Shown here: positions 46,854-56,419 of the stretch, piece by piece
Layout of the letters: every line of letters begins with the position of its first letter
How positions within the stretch are numbered: position 1 is the first letter of the stretch
Assembly: GCA_016180435.1 (NCBI GenBank)
Contig: JACPBG010000001.1
Span: 8,358 to 72,357 of the forward strand
DNA length: 64,000 nucleotides
DNA from: Candidatus Sungiibacteriota bacterium
GTDB lineage: Bacteria; Patescibacteriota; Minisyncoccia; Sungbacterales; HO2-52-23
Direction: 5' to 3'
The notes under the pieces: model-generated
What the model was told of the DNA's origin: nothing
Seen by the model: the letters and a program-made list of their open reading frames with translations, nothing else
Database searches by the model: none
Program-made: the position numbers and the translations under genes

Positions 46854-48740
46854 ATGAATCAAAAAATGGTTGGGTGGATTGCTGCGGTTTTTTTATTTTT
46901 CAGTTCAGTATCAATTCAAGCTCAACGCGTAATTGAAGTTTTTGGTACATATGGAGGAACTTCTGTCCGCTTGGCAAACGAGGAAATCTTTGATGTCAGA
47001 CCGGGAGAAACGCGTTTTTTCCATTCCGATTTGCCCGCAACGCTATCCACGCGAGCTGAATCATTGGGTTGGCAGAAGCGAACCGTAAATCCTGAATGGG
47101 ATATAAAAATTTCATTCAGAGAACTGGATCCGACTAAACCGGAACGTTTGTTTTGTATCGCGGCTTTAATCGGAAAACGCAACAGAAACGGGAAAGTTTT
47201 GTTGTTTTCGCCTGAATTGTTTGAGAGAACATATCCAGGAAGGCCTCCGATATATTATTTGTCATCCGTATTGCGATCCAAGGGTTTTGATGTTCTTACG
47301 GTGGACGTGGATATAGTTGGGCGGAAGAAATTTATAAAACTGTTGCGCGACTTTAAGCCAGATATAATCGGCGGAACTTCTTTATCAGTCCAAATCAATG
47401 AAGCGATGAGTTTAATGGAGTTGGCAAAACGGGAATGTCCGCGTGTGATAACTATACTTGGTGGTAATCACGCAACAGCTGCCGGTGAATATCTTTACCC
47501 AATCCATGCGTCCTATCTTGATGCGGTGGTCGTGGGAGAAGGTCTTACGACGATTGAATTTATCGCCGGCGCAGTTAAGGGAAGAAAATGGGACTCGGTC
47601 CGAAATGAAATACCCGGATTACTGCAGTGGGATGGAAATAGAATAATTCGAAATAAGCCGGCTCTCGCGGAGGACCCCAATAAATTTTCTCCGGACTTTC
47701 CGTATCATCCCACATACAATTTCCCGATTTTTAATCTGGACAATGGAACTCCACGTAAGACGTTTCAGGCCATGACGGCTTTTGGTTGTCAAAACGCCTG
47801 CTTCTTTTGCTTCAGTTCAACTAATCTGCGTGGCGAGGCAACAAGGGTGGAACGGCGCATGAGTTTGAGTTCGGTTGAGGCAATTCTCCGACGGGCTTCG
47901 GAACAGGGGTATGAAGCCGTCTACATTGATGACGACACATTCACGCGAGATCGCGAACACGCGCTTGAAGTTACTCGTCTCTGTAAAAAGTACAACTTGA
48001 TTTTTGGTTGCCATACCAGGCCGGATTGCGAAGATGAATCACTTATCCGCGAATTCGCCGCCAATGGCTGCCGCTATATGTTCAGCGGCTTTGAGACCAT
48101 TGTCCCCGAAATCCTTAAGGGAGCCAACAAAACGCATGACCCGATTGGTTATCGTGATGCATACCTGCGATCCTATCGCCTTAAAAACGAAACTGGTATT
48201 CTTGTTTCGGCCTATTTGATTCATGGAATGCCGCGGGTGGTGAATGACAACCGGGTCAGGTATGAAATTGATACTTTAGAGGACAGCCGGGCCTCCATTG
48301 AATTTGCAGTTCGTGAGTTAAATCCAACCTACTTATCCATGAATGTATTGAGGTTCTTGCCAGATGTGCCGTTTTCTTTCGCCCGTCAGTTTGACTTTCT
48401 TCGTCCGATTTCCGGTCCTCTTCATGGAGGATATTGGGACAAAAAATGGCTGGAAGCGAATGATAAAAAAGACCCTCGATGTTTTCATCCCATCCTTCGT
48501 GCCTTTGAGGGCAGTGGATCCGCGATTCCGGTCCATATGACACCGGAACGGTGTTATAAGATTCTTCAAAATGCGGTTGAAATTGTGAATCGGAAAAACG
48601 CGGAAGCGGGGCGGAACCAAACAATAATCGTGGTAGACCCATGGTTTGAGGAACGGTTCCTGCACGCTGATTATTCAGGTGGAATCCGGACCCACTATCT
48701 TGCGCCTTTCGAGACGATTGAGATGACCAAATCAATCTAA
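46854..48740 (+). CDS. B12-binding radical SAM protein with an N-terminal hydrophobic, signal/anchor-like segment
   Basis: B12-binding domain DVLTVDVDIVG...PDIIGGTSLS...ILGGNHATAA; radical SAM cluster motif CQNACFFC (Cx3Cx2C). Confidence 0.7.
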   Translation: MNQKMVGWIAAVFLFFSSVSIQAQRVIEVFGTYGGTSVRLANEEIFDVRPGETRFFHSDLPATLSTRAESLGWQKRTVNPEWDIKISFRELDPTKPERLFCIAALIGKRNRNGKVLLFSPELFERTYPGRPPIYYLSSVLRSKGFDVLTVDVDIVGRKKFIKLLRDFKPDIIGGTSLSVQINEAMSLMELAKRECPRVITILGGNHATAAGEYLYPIHASYLDAVVVGEGLTTIEFIAGAVKGRKWDSVRNEIPGLLQWDGNRIIRNKPALAEDPNKFSPDFPYHPTYNFPIFNLDNGTPRKTFQAMTAFGCQNACFFCFSSTNLRGEATRVERRMSLSSVEAILRRASEQGYEAVYIDDDTFTRDREHALEVTRLCKKYNLIFGCHTRPDCEDESLIREFAANGCRYMFSGFETIVPEILKGANKTHDPIGYRDAYLRSYRLKNETGILVSAYLIHGMPRVVNDNRVRYEIDTLEDSRASIEFAVRELNPTYLSMNVLRFLPDVPFSFARQFDFLRPISGPLHGGYWDKKWLEANDKKDPRCFHPILRAFEGSGSAIPVHMTPERCYKILQNAVEIVNRKNAEAGRNQTIIVVDPWFEERFLHADYSGGIRTHYLAPFETIEMTKSI

Positions 48741-48784
48741 ATTCAAAAGCCCGAAGATTAAAATTTATTAATCTCTGGGCTTTT

Positions 48785-49516
48785 TTATTTAATCTCTTTA
48801 AGAAATCCTTCAACGAGTTTTACCGTTTCATCCGTGCTTTGGAACACCGATTTCCAGATCACCACAATATCCGCATCGTTGAATATGGATCGCTGAACTT
48901 CGCGGATAGTATCTCCTCCGGCAATTGAAATCATAATGTCATAATTTCCCTTGATGCGCCGGATTTCGTGAAGCGGGATTTGTTTTTCCCGGTTAAATTG
49001 TTCCTCATCCACGCCGCGGTGTAAAATTACCACCTGCGGTATTTTTTTAAGCGCGCGCAAAACAGTTAACGGAAATTCCACGTTCATCATGTCAAGCATG
49101 GCGTCAATCCCGCGTGCTTCGCAATCCGCCATAAACGCATTAAGGGTTTCAATGGGCGCGCTTCCCAAGGCAATGGCAGCGCTTGCTCCGGCATCTGCCG
49201 CAAGTTCAACCTCGGTTTCACCCCGATCCATGGTTTTTAGATCCGCGACCACATACGGCAAAATTCCGCTTCCCTCCAAATGCTCGGCATACCACTGATA
49301 AATTTGCCTGATTCCGCCGGCGCCATAGCGTTTAATAAGCGGAGTGCCGGCTTCCACAATTATACGATCACTCAAAGGCAATTGTTCTATAATTCCTTTG
49401 GCATCTGCCAGCGTGTTATTTAGGGCAATTTGCAAATAGCGTTTTTTGCGGTCCAATATTGATTTAGTTCGATGGCTCATATCTGTAATATTATCACAAC
49501 CCTTGTTTTGCGTCAT
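48785..49516 (-). CDS. 3-hexulose-6-phosphate synthase-like (orotidine-5'-phosphate-decarboxylase fold)
   Basis: YLQIALN..., IIVEAGTPLIKRYG, VVADLKTMDRG: HPS signatures. Confidence 0.65.
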   Translation of the reverse strand: MTQNKGCDNITDMSHRTKSILDRKKRYLQIALNNTLADAKGIIEQLPLSDRIIVEAGTPLIKRYGAGGIRQIYQWYAEHLEGSGILPYVVADLKTMDRGETEVELAADAGASAAIALGSAPIETLNAFMADCEARGIDAMLDMMNVEFPLTVLRALKKIPQVVILHRGVDEEQFNREKQIPLHEIRRIKGNYDIMISIAGGDTIREVQRSIFNDADIVVIWKSVFQSTDETVKLVEGFLKEIK

Positions 49517-49552
49517 TAGGTGCCAAATATCGGTGCTTCATAAGCATATACA

Positions 49553-49592
49553 AAAAACATTCCAATATTCTCAAGAATATTAGAATGTTTTT
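49553..49592. terminator. Bidirectional terminator hairpin AAACATTCCAATATTCT-CAAG-AGAATATTAGAATGTTT flanked by A-run and T-run
   Basis: Read directly; one mismatch in the stem. Confidence 0.6.
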
Positions 49593-49614
49593 GATACCGA
49601 AAAAATCGCAAACG

Positions 49615-50670
49615 TTAGATAACCAGTAACCGGGAAAGTGTCAGGGTGTTGGCGAAATAAACACTTCCGGCTAAAAGAAGCAAAAGAAGCGCAGCATAGG
49701 CGATATGGCGCGGATGGCGTTTTTCAATTTCCAAAAACAGGGTTAGCATAAGGGAGAAAAAAATCAGTCCACCGAGTATTATATATATGGCGTAGGTTAT
49801 ATGGCGCGGCGAGGTGAAAAGTTTTTCAAGAAGTGTTGCCTTGCCCTCCAAACTTTCTTTTGAAAGTTGGGAGGGTAAAAGCCCCGGAGCGGGAATTTTC
49901 GATTCCGGCTCGGTATTTGCCACCTCCGTATTTTTTACAGCCACAAACATATTATTTTCCTCAATGGTTTCAAGATGTGCTGCGGCAACCGTCTGCGTGG
50001 TTACCGGAGACGGGGGAATGGCAGGTCGGGGCGGCTTGCCCTCCAAACTTTCTTTTGAAAGTTGGGGGGGTGAAGGCGCAGGTTTTGATGCCGGAGGGAC
50101 TTGTGAAACAAATGCGACAGTCTGAACCGGCCTCCCGAACATCTGCACCACGAAAATCGTATCACGGCCCTGATATGTGCCCCGAGCCGTGGCAATTCCG
50201 ATTTCGGTAAAGTTGCCATTCAGGATATTGGCTCTATGTCCGGGAGAATTCATCCAGGCGCGCTCAACATCGATTGAGTCCGTAAAATTAACCGCCAGAT
50301 TTTCTCCGGCATAACTGAAGCGATACCCGGTCTCTCCAAACCAATACCAGGGCGATTTTCCGTCAGGCGAGGTATGAGCAAAATATCCTTGGGCTGCCAT
50401 ATCCAGGGCTTTGCGTCGTGCCGTTTCTTCCAGTATCGGATTTACGGTCAATGAAGGAAGGGAGGAGGTTTGCCTGTCAACATTGGCAAGTTCCACTAAA
50501 ACCTTGGGAAGTATGAGCGCGTAAAAATCGCCGGTGCGGAATAAAAACGGGAGGAAAAAAAGCATCACGATGATCACGGCAAGCATAAAAACGCTCGGTT
50601 CGCCAAAAATATGCGGACGAAATTTATTTTCCGCATGCGGTATAAAATATTTTTTTAAGTATTTTTTCAC
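49615..50670 (-). CDS. CAP/SCP (PR-1-like, YkwD-family) domain protein with N-terminal TM helices and an internal 31-bp in-frame duplication
   Basis: YFAHTSPDG...GENLA...NSPGHRANILNGNFTEIGIA; duplicated peptide LSKESLEGK. Confidence 0.7.
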   Translation of the reverse strand: MKKYLKKYFIPHAENKFRPHIFGEPSVFMLAVIIVMLFFLPFLFRTGDFYALILPKVLVELANVDRQTSSLPSLTVNPILEETARRKALDMAAQGYFAHTSPDGKSPWYWFGETGYRFSYAGENLAVNFTDSIDVERAWMNSPGHRANILNGNFTEIGIATARGTYQGRDTIFVVQMFGRPVQTVAFVSQVPPASKPAPSPPQLSKESLEGKPPRPAIPPSPVTTQTVAAAHLETIEENNMFVAVKNTEVANTEPESKIPAPGLLPSQLSKESLEGKATLLEKLFTSPRHITYAIYIILGGLIFFSLMLTLFLEIEKRHPRHIAYAALLLLLLAGSVYFANTLTLSRLLVI

Positions 50671-50785
50671 CCTTTAATTATATCACATTTCTTGGTTAAA
50701 ATCAAATTCCCGCGTATATACGCGGGAATTTTGCTGATTTTAATAAACCAAGTTTCCAATTGGAAACTTGGTTTATTAATTATAT

Positions 50786-51988
50786 TTACGGAAGAGTTCG
50801 CCTGCGATATGATCGGAAAATTAGCATAATGATAAGCAGGATTGCAATACCGATAAGCGTCCACACCCATCCTGATATTTTAATACCCGACGAAATCACT
50901 TGGGCGGTTTCTGCCGCGGCTGTATTCTGATTTTTTGTCCCTATGCTGGCAGTTTCTCCTTCCTCATTTATTGAAGAACCCGCCGCTTCATCCATAATCG
51001 TTTCGCCCGCTGTTTCGGCACTGGCAATACTTTCCGTTTCTCCCGTAATACTTTGCCCGGCCACCATCGGTTCGCCCGTTCCGGTTTCTTCGCCTATGAC
51101 GGAAACCCCGCCGTTAATTGTTGATGCGCCCGGAGGTTTTGTCCCGGAAGTAGTAAAGCTTTGTTCAAAACTCACCGTATCGGGAGACGCGTGAGAAATT
51201 GTACGGTAGTAATACGTTGTTCCGGGCAAAAGGCCGGTTAGAACAACCGAATGGAATGTAACGCCGCTAAGTGAAGCTGGAGTGTCAAATTCCGGTGTTG
51301 AAAAAGCATATCCGTAATTGGGGGATATGGAAAAATTGAAAGTTCCTGAAATCGTGTCATATATCACTCGGCTGGTTGAGATAAAACTTGTAAGCCAGGT
51401 TATCGTTGCCGTGGTTTCTCCGACAGATACATCCCGTTCGTTATTAATGACAAGGCCTTGAATTCCACTACCTCCGCCGCCGCCACCTCCGCCACCGCCC
51501 CCTCCCGCCTCTTCTTCGCCGCCGCCTTCATCACCGTTAAATCCGATAAGAATATCAAAACCAAGTGATTTTTCCTGATAGGAATTATTTGCGCCCGGAA
51601 CAAATCGCACCAAGAAATCATATTGCGTTTGGGCGCCCCCGCCCGCAAGATCCGAGAGAGATATTTCTCCGGCGGTCAAAAATTCCGCAAGCGTTGTGGT
51701 CGCGTAGCGTAAAATCCCGTTTTCGTATATTCCGATTTCAAAAACATCGGCTAGCCCGTCCGGGTCGCTTTCGTTTATCGCTTCCACAATGATCGTTTTG
51801 GAGTCCGGCGTATTATTTTTTACTTTTGCCCACCGGTTTACTTCCGATCCCGGCAGAAAATTGGCCTCGTTAAAAAGCGGGGTTGCCTCAAATGTAACCT
51901 CCAAATCATCCGGGGCCGCCAAGACAGCCGGAGCCCACAAAAGCGCGGTTATTACGAATATCAAATTGTATTTTATGTATTTCTTCAT
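50786..51988 (-). CDS. Secreted surface protein: Sec signal peptide, Gly13 tract, FN3-like domain, Thr/Glu-rich spacer, C-terminal TM anchor
   Basis: Signal peptide MKKYIKYNLIFVITALLWAPAVLA; GGGGGGGGGGGGS; TATITWLT...TTYYYR; C-terminal WVWTLIGIAILLIIMLIFRSYRRR. Confidence 0.5.
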   Translation of the reverse strand: MKKYIKYNLIFVITALLWAPAVLAAPDDLEVTFEATPLFNEANFLPGSEVNRWAKVKNNTPDSKTIIVEAINESDPDGLADVFEIGIYENGILRYATTTLAEFLTAGEISLSDLAGGGAQTQYDFLVRFVPGANNSYQEKSLGFDILIGFNGDEGGGEEEAGGGGGGGGGGGGSGIQGLVINNERDVSVGETTATITWLTSFISTSRVIYDTISGTFNFSISPNYGYAFSTPEFDTPASLSGVTFHSVVLTGLLPGTTYYYRTISHASPDTVSFEQSFTTSGTKPPGASTINGGVSVIGEETGTGEPMVAGQSITGETESIASAETAGETIMDEAAGSSINEEGETASIGTKNQNTAAAETAQVISSGIKISGWVWTLIGIAILLIIMLIFRSYRRRTLP

Positions 51989-53859
51989 ATGTTTGCTTGC
52001 CCCGTTAGACTTGCCCCGTTGGGAGCTTGCTCTCCTATGGGGTCTTCTCCGGAAGGTTCTAGGGGGGGTTCTTCTTGGGGCGGCTCAATTATTTCTACTG
52101 GTTCAGGTGCCTCAATTGCTTCTTCTATTAGCGGAGGAAGTTCATTCACCGTGTCCTCCGGTTCAGCCGGAGAAGTTTCTTCCGGAGTTGAAGTTGTTTC
52201 AATTGTCTCCGGCTCTTTGGCATTTTCTTCTTCGGGTATAATAGCCTCGGCTTCGGATTCGCTGGCATCCGCTGGCGTATCGTTGTTTTCATCAGTCGGT
52301 AAAACCGCCTCTTCCGCAGCCGGTTCTTCCGTCAGCAGGGTTTCCTCTGTCGGCAAAGTATCTTCCGTTGTTACTATTTCCTCCGTATCTTCCGGAGGTA
52401 TTACGGTTTCTTCTCCCGCCGTTGGGATCGATTCATCTGTTATCGGCTCGGTTGTAATTTCTTCATCGGGTATCCTGGTTTCAGTCACTGGTTCGGTCGT
52501 TGTTGATTGAGTTTCCGGCAAATCCCCGGTTAGAATTATGACGTTATCGGGCAACGGCTCGCTATCCTCAGCGGCCTCCTCTAAAATAATTGCCGGCGTT
52601 GAAGAATTATCAATTTTATTCATCCGTCCCGGAGTCGGGATCGGGTCAACCCAGTCGCCGATGCCGTCCGGAATTCGCGCGTATGACTTGTTGGGCGGAA
52701 CGCCGCCGCACTCACCCGACGCATCGGTGGAATTTTCATCACCGGGACTTGGCTCAATTTCACAAAAATCATTGTCTTCGTATTCATACGAGTCCATCAA
52801 TACATTATCACTATTAAACAGTCGCACCGTATCTCCGGTATTGTTAAGAATCGGCTTATTCATATAGATAACCAGCCAGCTTTTGCCTCCGATAATGGTT
52901 GTAGCGGGCGCTGTATTCAGCGCGGTGATAACTACTTTATTGCCCTCGCCGTCAGTAGCATCTCGGGTGTACCAGCCGGCCACATCTATTGGCTCGGTGC
53001 TGTTGTTGTAAATTTCAATCCATTCTCCTTGCGGCATATCGCTTGCGTCATTGCCAAAATCAAATCCATAAGCAACGCCGTCCGGCCTTGGCAAGAATTC
53101 ATTTAATACCACCATCCTGGCCGTGATAATAAAGCTCATTCTTTCCTCATCCGTAAATCCTCCGGCGCCATAAGAAGCGACATTGGTTTGCCATCCTTTG
53201 AATACAATGTCAAACCGGCATTCCGCTCCGTTAGTGAAAGAATCTTCGTCCACCGGCAGTTCAATGTTGAATTTCCAAGTCCCCAAAGCAGTTAAAGCGG
53301 AAGTAGCAAGCGACATCAAATCGCCCTCATATTTCTCAACTCCGTTTAATTTCGCCTGAATATTAAGCGCGTCGCAAAAATCATCTTCGTCAGAAATTTC
53401 TTCGGCGCCCAGAGTGTATTGGAAGTCCATTCCGCCGCTGTTAAGCAAAACCGAACTTTTGGAAACGGTTTCGTCCAGGCCTATGGATCCTTCATATTCA
53501 TAAGAGCTTAGGGCAAAATCAAGCGAAGCGGCGGTAAAAATGTTATTGGATGACCCCTCGGTGTCGCTGTAATAAGCCAGGGTTTGTCCTATCGCGAAAA
53601 GGCCGGTCCAATTCAAGGAAAATATAAGAAGCAATGCCACGCTCTTAAATAGCGGGGCTATTTGCAGGGCGCCGGTTTCTTGTTTCGGGATTCTTTTTAC
53701 TCCGTTAGAACGCCGCCGACTCTGTGGGCGGTAAAGTATAGAATAAGCTTGGGGGAGTATAATGCTCTCATAAATGGGTCGTGAAGCATCCGTTCTAACG
53801 GGGCTTATCGGTATCCGGATTGAACCGTCTTTTAATTTTTTAAACGCGATTTTTTTCAT
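51985..53859 (-). CDS. Large secreted protein with a SipW-cognate-type N-terminal region, a lamin-tail domain (LTD) and a long acidic Thr/Glu/Pro-rich C-terminal tail
   Basis: TasA-class leader LAYYSDTEGSSNNIFTAASLDFAL; LTD: VLNEFLPRPDGVAYGFDFGNDASDMPQGEWIEIYNNSTEPIDVAGWYTRD; the predicted N-terminus overlaps repeat B2, so the true start is uncertain. Confidence 0.6.
   Translation of the reverse strand: MKKIAFKKLKDGSIRIPISPVRTDASRPIYESIILPQAYSILYRPQSRRRSNGVKRIPKQETGALQIAPLFKSVALLLIFSLNWTGLFAIGQTLAYYSDTEGSSNNIFTAASLDFALSSYEYEGSIGLDETVSKSSVLLNSGGMDFQYTLGAEEISDEDDFCDALNIQAKLNGVEKYEGDLMSLATSALTALGTWKFNIELPVDEDSFTNGAECRFDIVFKGWQTNVASYGAGGFTDEERMSFIITARMVVLNEFLPRPDGVAYGFDFGNDASDMPQGEWIEIYNNSTEPIDVAGWYTRDATDGEGNKVVITALNTAPATTIIGGKSWLVIYMNKPILNNTGDTVRLFNSDNVLMDSYEYEDNDFCEIEPSPGDENSTDASGECGGVPPNKSYARIPDGIGDWVDPIPTPGRMNKIDNSSTPAIILEEAAEDSEPLPDNVIILTGDLPETQSTTTEPVTETRIPDEEITTEPITDESIPTAGEETVIPPEDTEEIVTTEDTLPTEETLLTEEPAAEEAVLPTDENNDTPADASESEAEAIIPEEENAKEPETIETTSTPEETSPAEPEDTVNELPPLIEEAIEAPEPVEIIEPPQEEPPLEPSGEDPIGEQAPNGASLTGQANI
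53702..53803. repeat. Family B element, copy B2. Inverted repeat CCGTTAGAACG / CGTTCTAACGG; shared 5' GAACGCCGCCGACT; internal GGGGGAGTATAATGCTC
   Basis: Read directly; lies at the 5' end of the LTD-protein ORF. Confidence 0.7.
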
Positions 53860-53861
53860 GA

Positions 53862-54416
53862 TTACTCGCTTGCTATTTCTAATGTTTTATTCTTTTTGGC
53901 TTTTTTAATCTCCTCCCATATTTTTTGGGTTTGATCCCAGACAATAATCAGGGCCGGAATAATAATCAGCGCCAAAAATCCGTAAGTCGTGCGCGCGGTT
54001 TCAATCGCATACCCCAGATACGGGATGCTCAAATACACTTTACCTATGACCTGATTTTGCAGAACTTCTCGGGTGTCTTGTTCTTCGTTGGCGTCTCCTT
54101 TGGTGATATATATCGGATTGCCTCGCTCCACCCGCATTTCAACGATCCGGTGGGTAGTCGGCACTTTCTGCCCTTTCGCGTTTTTGAAATTTCCGTTAAA
54201 AGTAAGCACATCTCCGATTTCGTAAGACGAGGCCGATTTAATTAGCACAACGCTTCCGGTTTTTATGGCGGGCTCCATTGAACCGGAACTCACTACCCGG
54301 AATTGATACATCCCCGGAATAGGGAACGCGGAAATTACGATAATCAAAGCTATAGCCGCCAGCGCCGCCGTAAAAATATAGTATCCGTATGTTCCTAATT
54401 GTTTTATTTTTGCCAT
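53862..54416 (-). CDS. sipW: Signal peptidase I, SipW/Sec11 (archaeal/ER) type
   Basis: Catalytic VVSSGSMEPAI; THRIVE (His); ITKGDAN; N- and C-terminal TM helices. Confidence 0.75.
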   Translation of the reverse strand: MAKIKQLGTYGYYIFTAALAAIALIIVISAFPIPGMYQFRVVSSGSMEPAIKTGSVVLIKSASSYEIGDVLTFNGNFKNAKGQKVPTTHRIVEMRVERGNPIYITKGDANEEQDTREVLQNQVIGKVYLSIPYLGYAIETARTTYGFLALIIIPALIIVWDQTQKIWEEIKKAKKNKTLEIASE

Positions 54417-54652
54417 TACGTCTCTAATTTTAGGAGGTCGGACCTCCCGGAATTTCGCAGTGTTATTGAGGTCCGACCTCTAAATATTTGCAAAATACTA
54501 ACGGGATTACATTTCAAGGGCTTTAATCCCGCTCTTGAAAAATCCTATGCGTTTAAACTTTTTGAAATTCTTTAAGGCCTTTATTACTCCGCCTTTTGTC
54601 ACAAGCAAAAAGCGAAGCAAAAAGGACTCAATTTCGTGCGGGGCAAGTCGCT

Positions 54653-55456
54653 TTAATCAAAATCCGGATCACCGAGTTCAACATCCGCGCATTTGAAATT
54701 CGGATTGTTGCGGACCTGTTCCGCGTAAAGCACCACATCCGCGCTGAACGAATCGGTCTGCGCGTCATCCTGCACGCCGGAACCATCACACGAAATTGCT
54801 CCGGTGTCGTGGTTTACGGTTTGCGTGCCAACACACCACGCCATTCCGATGTTGCGCGTTGCCGCGGGGCCGGTAGGCGAAAGCGGGTCGGTGCCGGACT
54901 GCGAGTCAGCAATATCAAGATCGTAGAAGACGTCAAAGAATGAGAGCAAATCAAAATCAGGATCGCCCTGAATTTTTAGTGGTTTTTCGTCGTCATCCGG
55001 ATCATACGTTCCGTCCGAATCGTCGTCCTGCCAGCCGAAGACATGGATATACTTTGAGAGTTCTCCTTTGTCTTCGGTGTCATCGCCCGCATCTCCTTCC
55101 GCGTCATTCAGATCGTGCTCATCATCTTCTTTGTTCGTTACCAAAAGACAAGCCCAGGCCGGATTGTCATCCGCGTGCAAGCTGATATGGCGAGTGCCAT
55201 AATCCCCGGGCTTAATGTCTTCAAAAGTGAAAAACTTTTGATTCGTCAAATTCCGTGAAGTCCACGCCGTACCTTGTACTTCAACATCCTGTCCGTTGTA
55301 AGTCGCGCCAAAACTGTCCACCTTAAGATCAATAGACCCCGCAGTAAACACGTTTCCGGTTGAGGTCTCGGTGTCGTTGAAGAATGCTATGGTGGCGCCG
55401 GTTACCAAGGCGGCAATGGCCACCACCATAGATCCGCTAATAATAATTTTTTTCAT
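54653..55456 (-). CDS. TasA/camelysin-family secreted protein with a SipW-cognate signal peptide (acidic)
   Basis: MKKIIISGSMVVAIAALVTGATIAFFNDTETSTGNVFTAGSIDLKVD; IKPGDYGTRHISL; C-terminal SADVVLYAEQ. Confidence 0.7.
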   Translation of the reverse strand: MKKIIISGSMVVAIAALVTGATIAFFNDTETSTGNVFTAGSIDLKVDSFGATYNGQDVEVQGTAWTSRNLTNQKFFTFEDIKPGDYGTRHISLHADDNPAWACLLVTNKEDDEHDLNDAEGDAGDDTEDKGELSKYIHVFGWQDDDSDGTYDPDDDEKPLKIQGDPDFDLLSFFDVFYDLDIADSQSGTDPLSPTGPAATRNIGMAWCVGTQTVNHDTGAISCDGSGVQDDAQTDSFSADVVLYAEQVRNNPNFKCADVELGDPDFD

Positions 55457-55483
55457 GGTTGTGTTTAATTAACCAAGAAAAGA

Positions 55484-56419
55484 TTAGTCAACCTCAAACG
55501 GATCAGGGTTATTTCTGTGCTGTTCAACCTCAAACGTAACATCTCCGGACAAGCTGTCGGTTTGAACATCGTTACCTGTGGTCAAAGGAAGTTCCCAGGC
55601 AAGACCCAAATAATAGGTTGTTGAACCAACCATTCGGCCGTCTGCGGCTAAACCATGGCAAACGCCATAGTCATTGTGGCCGTCAGCATTTACTTCATCG
55701 TCATCTGCTAAATCTGCACAGGAATCTTCGTCATCCACGGACGCATTATATGCGCCTATCAAAACTTCAGAAAGTTCAAGCTCTGAACTCAAGCTCCACG
55801 GATGTCCCTCAACGCCATTCAAAACATTGTCTCCTTCCTCTTCGTCGTCGCAGTCAGGTACTGGAACTCCTGCCGCATTAACACATTGAAATCCAGGCAC
55901 TGATCCCTGATCAAGCCACATAGAGAAGTGAGGAAGCATTGCTCCCAAGAGTTCTCCGTCACCATCGGGGTCGCAATTCGCTTCTGCCTCTGTTTCAGGT
56001 TCAGTGCAAGAGTTATCCGCGCTAACCATTCTGCCCATCAAAATTCTTCCCCACGCATCGTTGTCATAAACATGAAGAGAAATTGTGTCTTCTCCTTTGT
56101 CTCCCGGTTTAATGTCCGTGAAAGAAAAGAATTTGTGAACACCGTCAACTAAATCACTTTCTCGCCATTGACCAACGCCAACGCCAGCCGCATTAACTTC
56201 TCCGCAACCAACATCTACATAACCATTGTCATCAGCGCCTTCGACATCCCCCACATAATTGTAATAATGACACTCACTGTCCACTTTCAAATCAATCGCT
56301 CCGGCGGTGAAAGTATTGCCGGTGGAGGTTTCGGTGTCCGAGAAGAAGGCCGTGGTGGCTCCCACCACAACCGCGGCCACTGCCGCGATAACTGACAAAC
56401 TTAATATAATCTTTTTCAT
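55484..56419 (-). CDS. TasA/camelysin-family secreted protein with a SipW-cognate signal peptide (paralog)
   Basis: MKKIILSLSVIAAVAAVVVGATTAFFSDTETSTGNTFTAGAIDLKVD; IKPGDKGEDTISL; C-terminal SGDVTFEVEQ. Confidence 0.7.
   Translation of the reverse strand: MKKIILSLSVIAAVAAVVVGATTAFFSDTETSTGNTFTAGAIDLKVDSECHYYNYVGDVEGADDNGYVDVGCGEVNAAGVGVGQWRESDLVDGVHKFFSFTDIKPGDKGEDTISLHVYDNDAWGRILMGRMVSADNSCTEPETEAEANCDPDGDGELLGAMLPHFSMWLDQGSVPGFQCVNAAGVPVPDCDDEEEGDNVLNGVEGHPWSLSSELELSEVLIGAYNASVDDEDSCADLADDDEVNADGHNDYGVCHGLAADGRMVGSTTYYLGLAWELPLTTGNDVQTDSLSGDVTFEVEQHRNNPDPFEVD

Noticed and set aside
51989-52867. 173-aa and 109-aa Ser/Gly-rich plus-strand ORFs inside the LTD-protein gene
   Set aside because: This is antisense translation of the acidic Thr/Glu/Pro-rich tail (GAA/ACC-rich DNA read backwards gives Ser/Gly/Val runs). 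The minus-strand ORF has real domain content.
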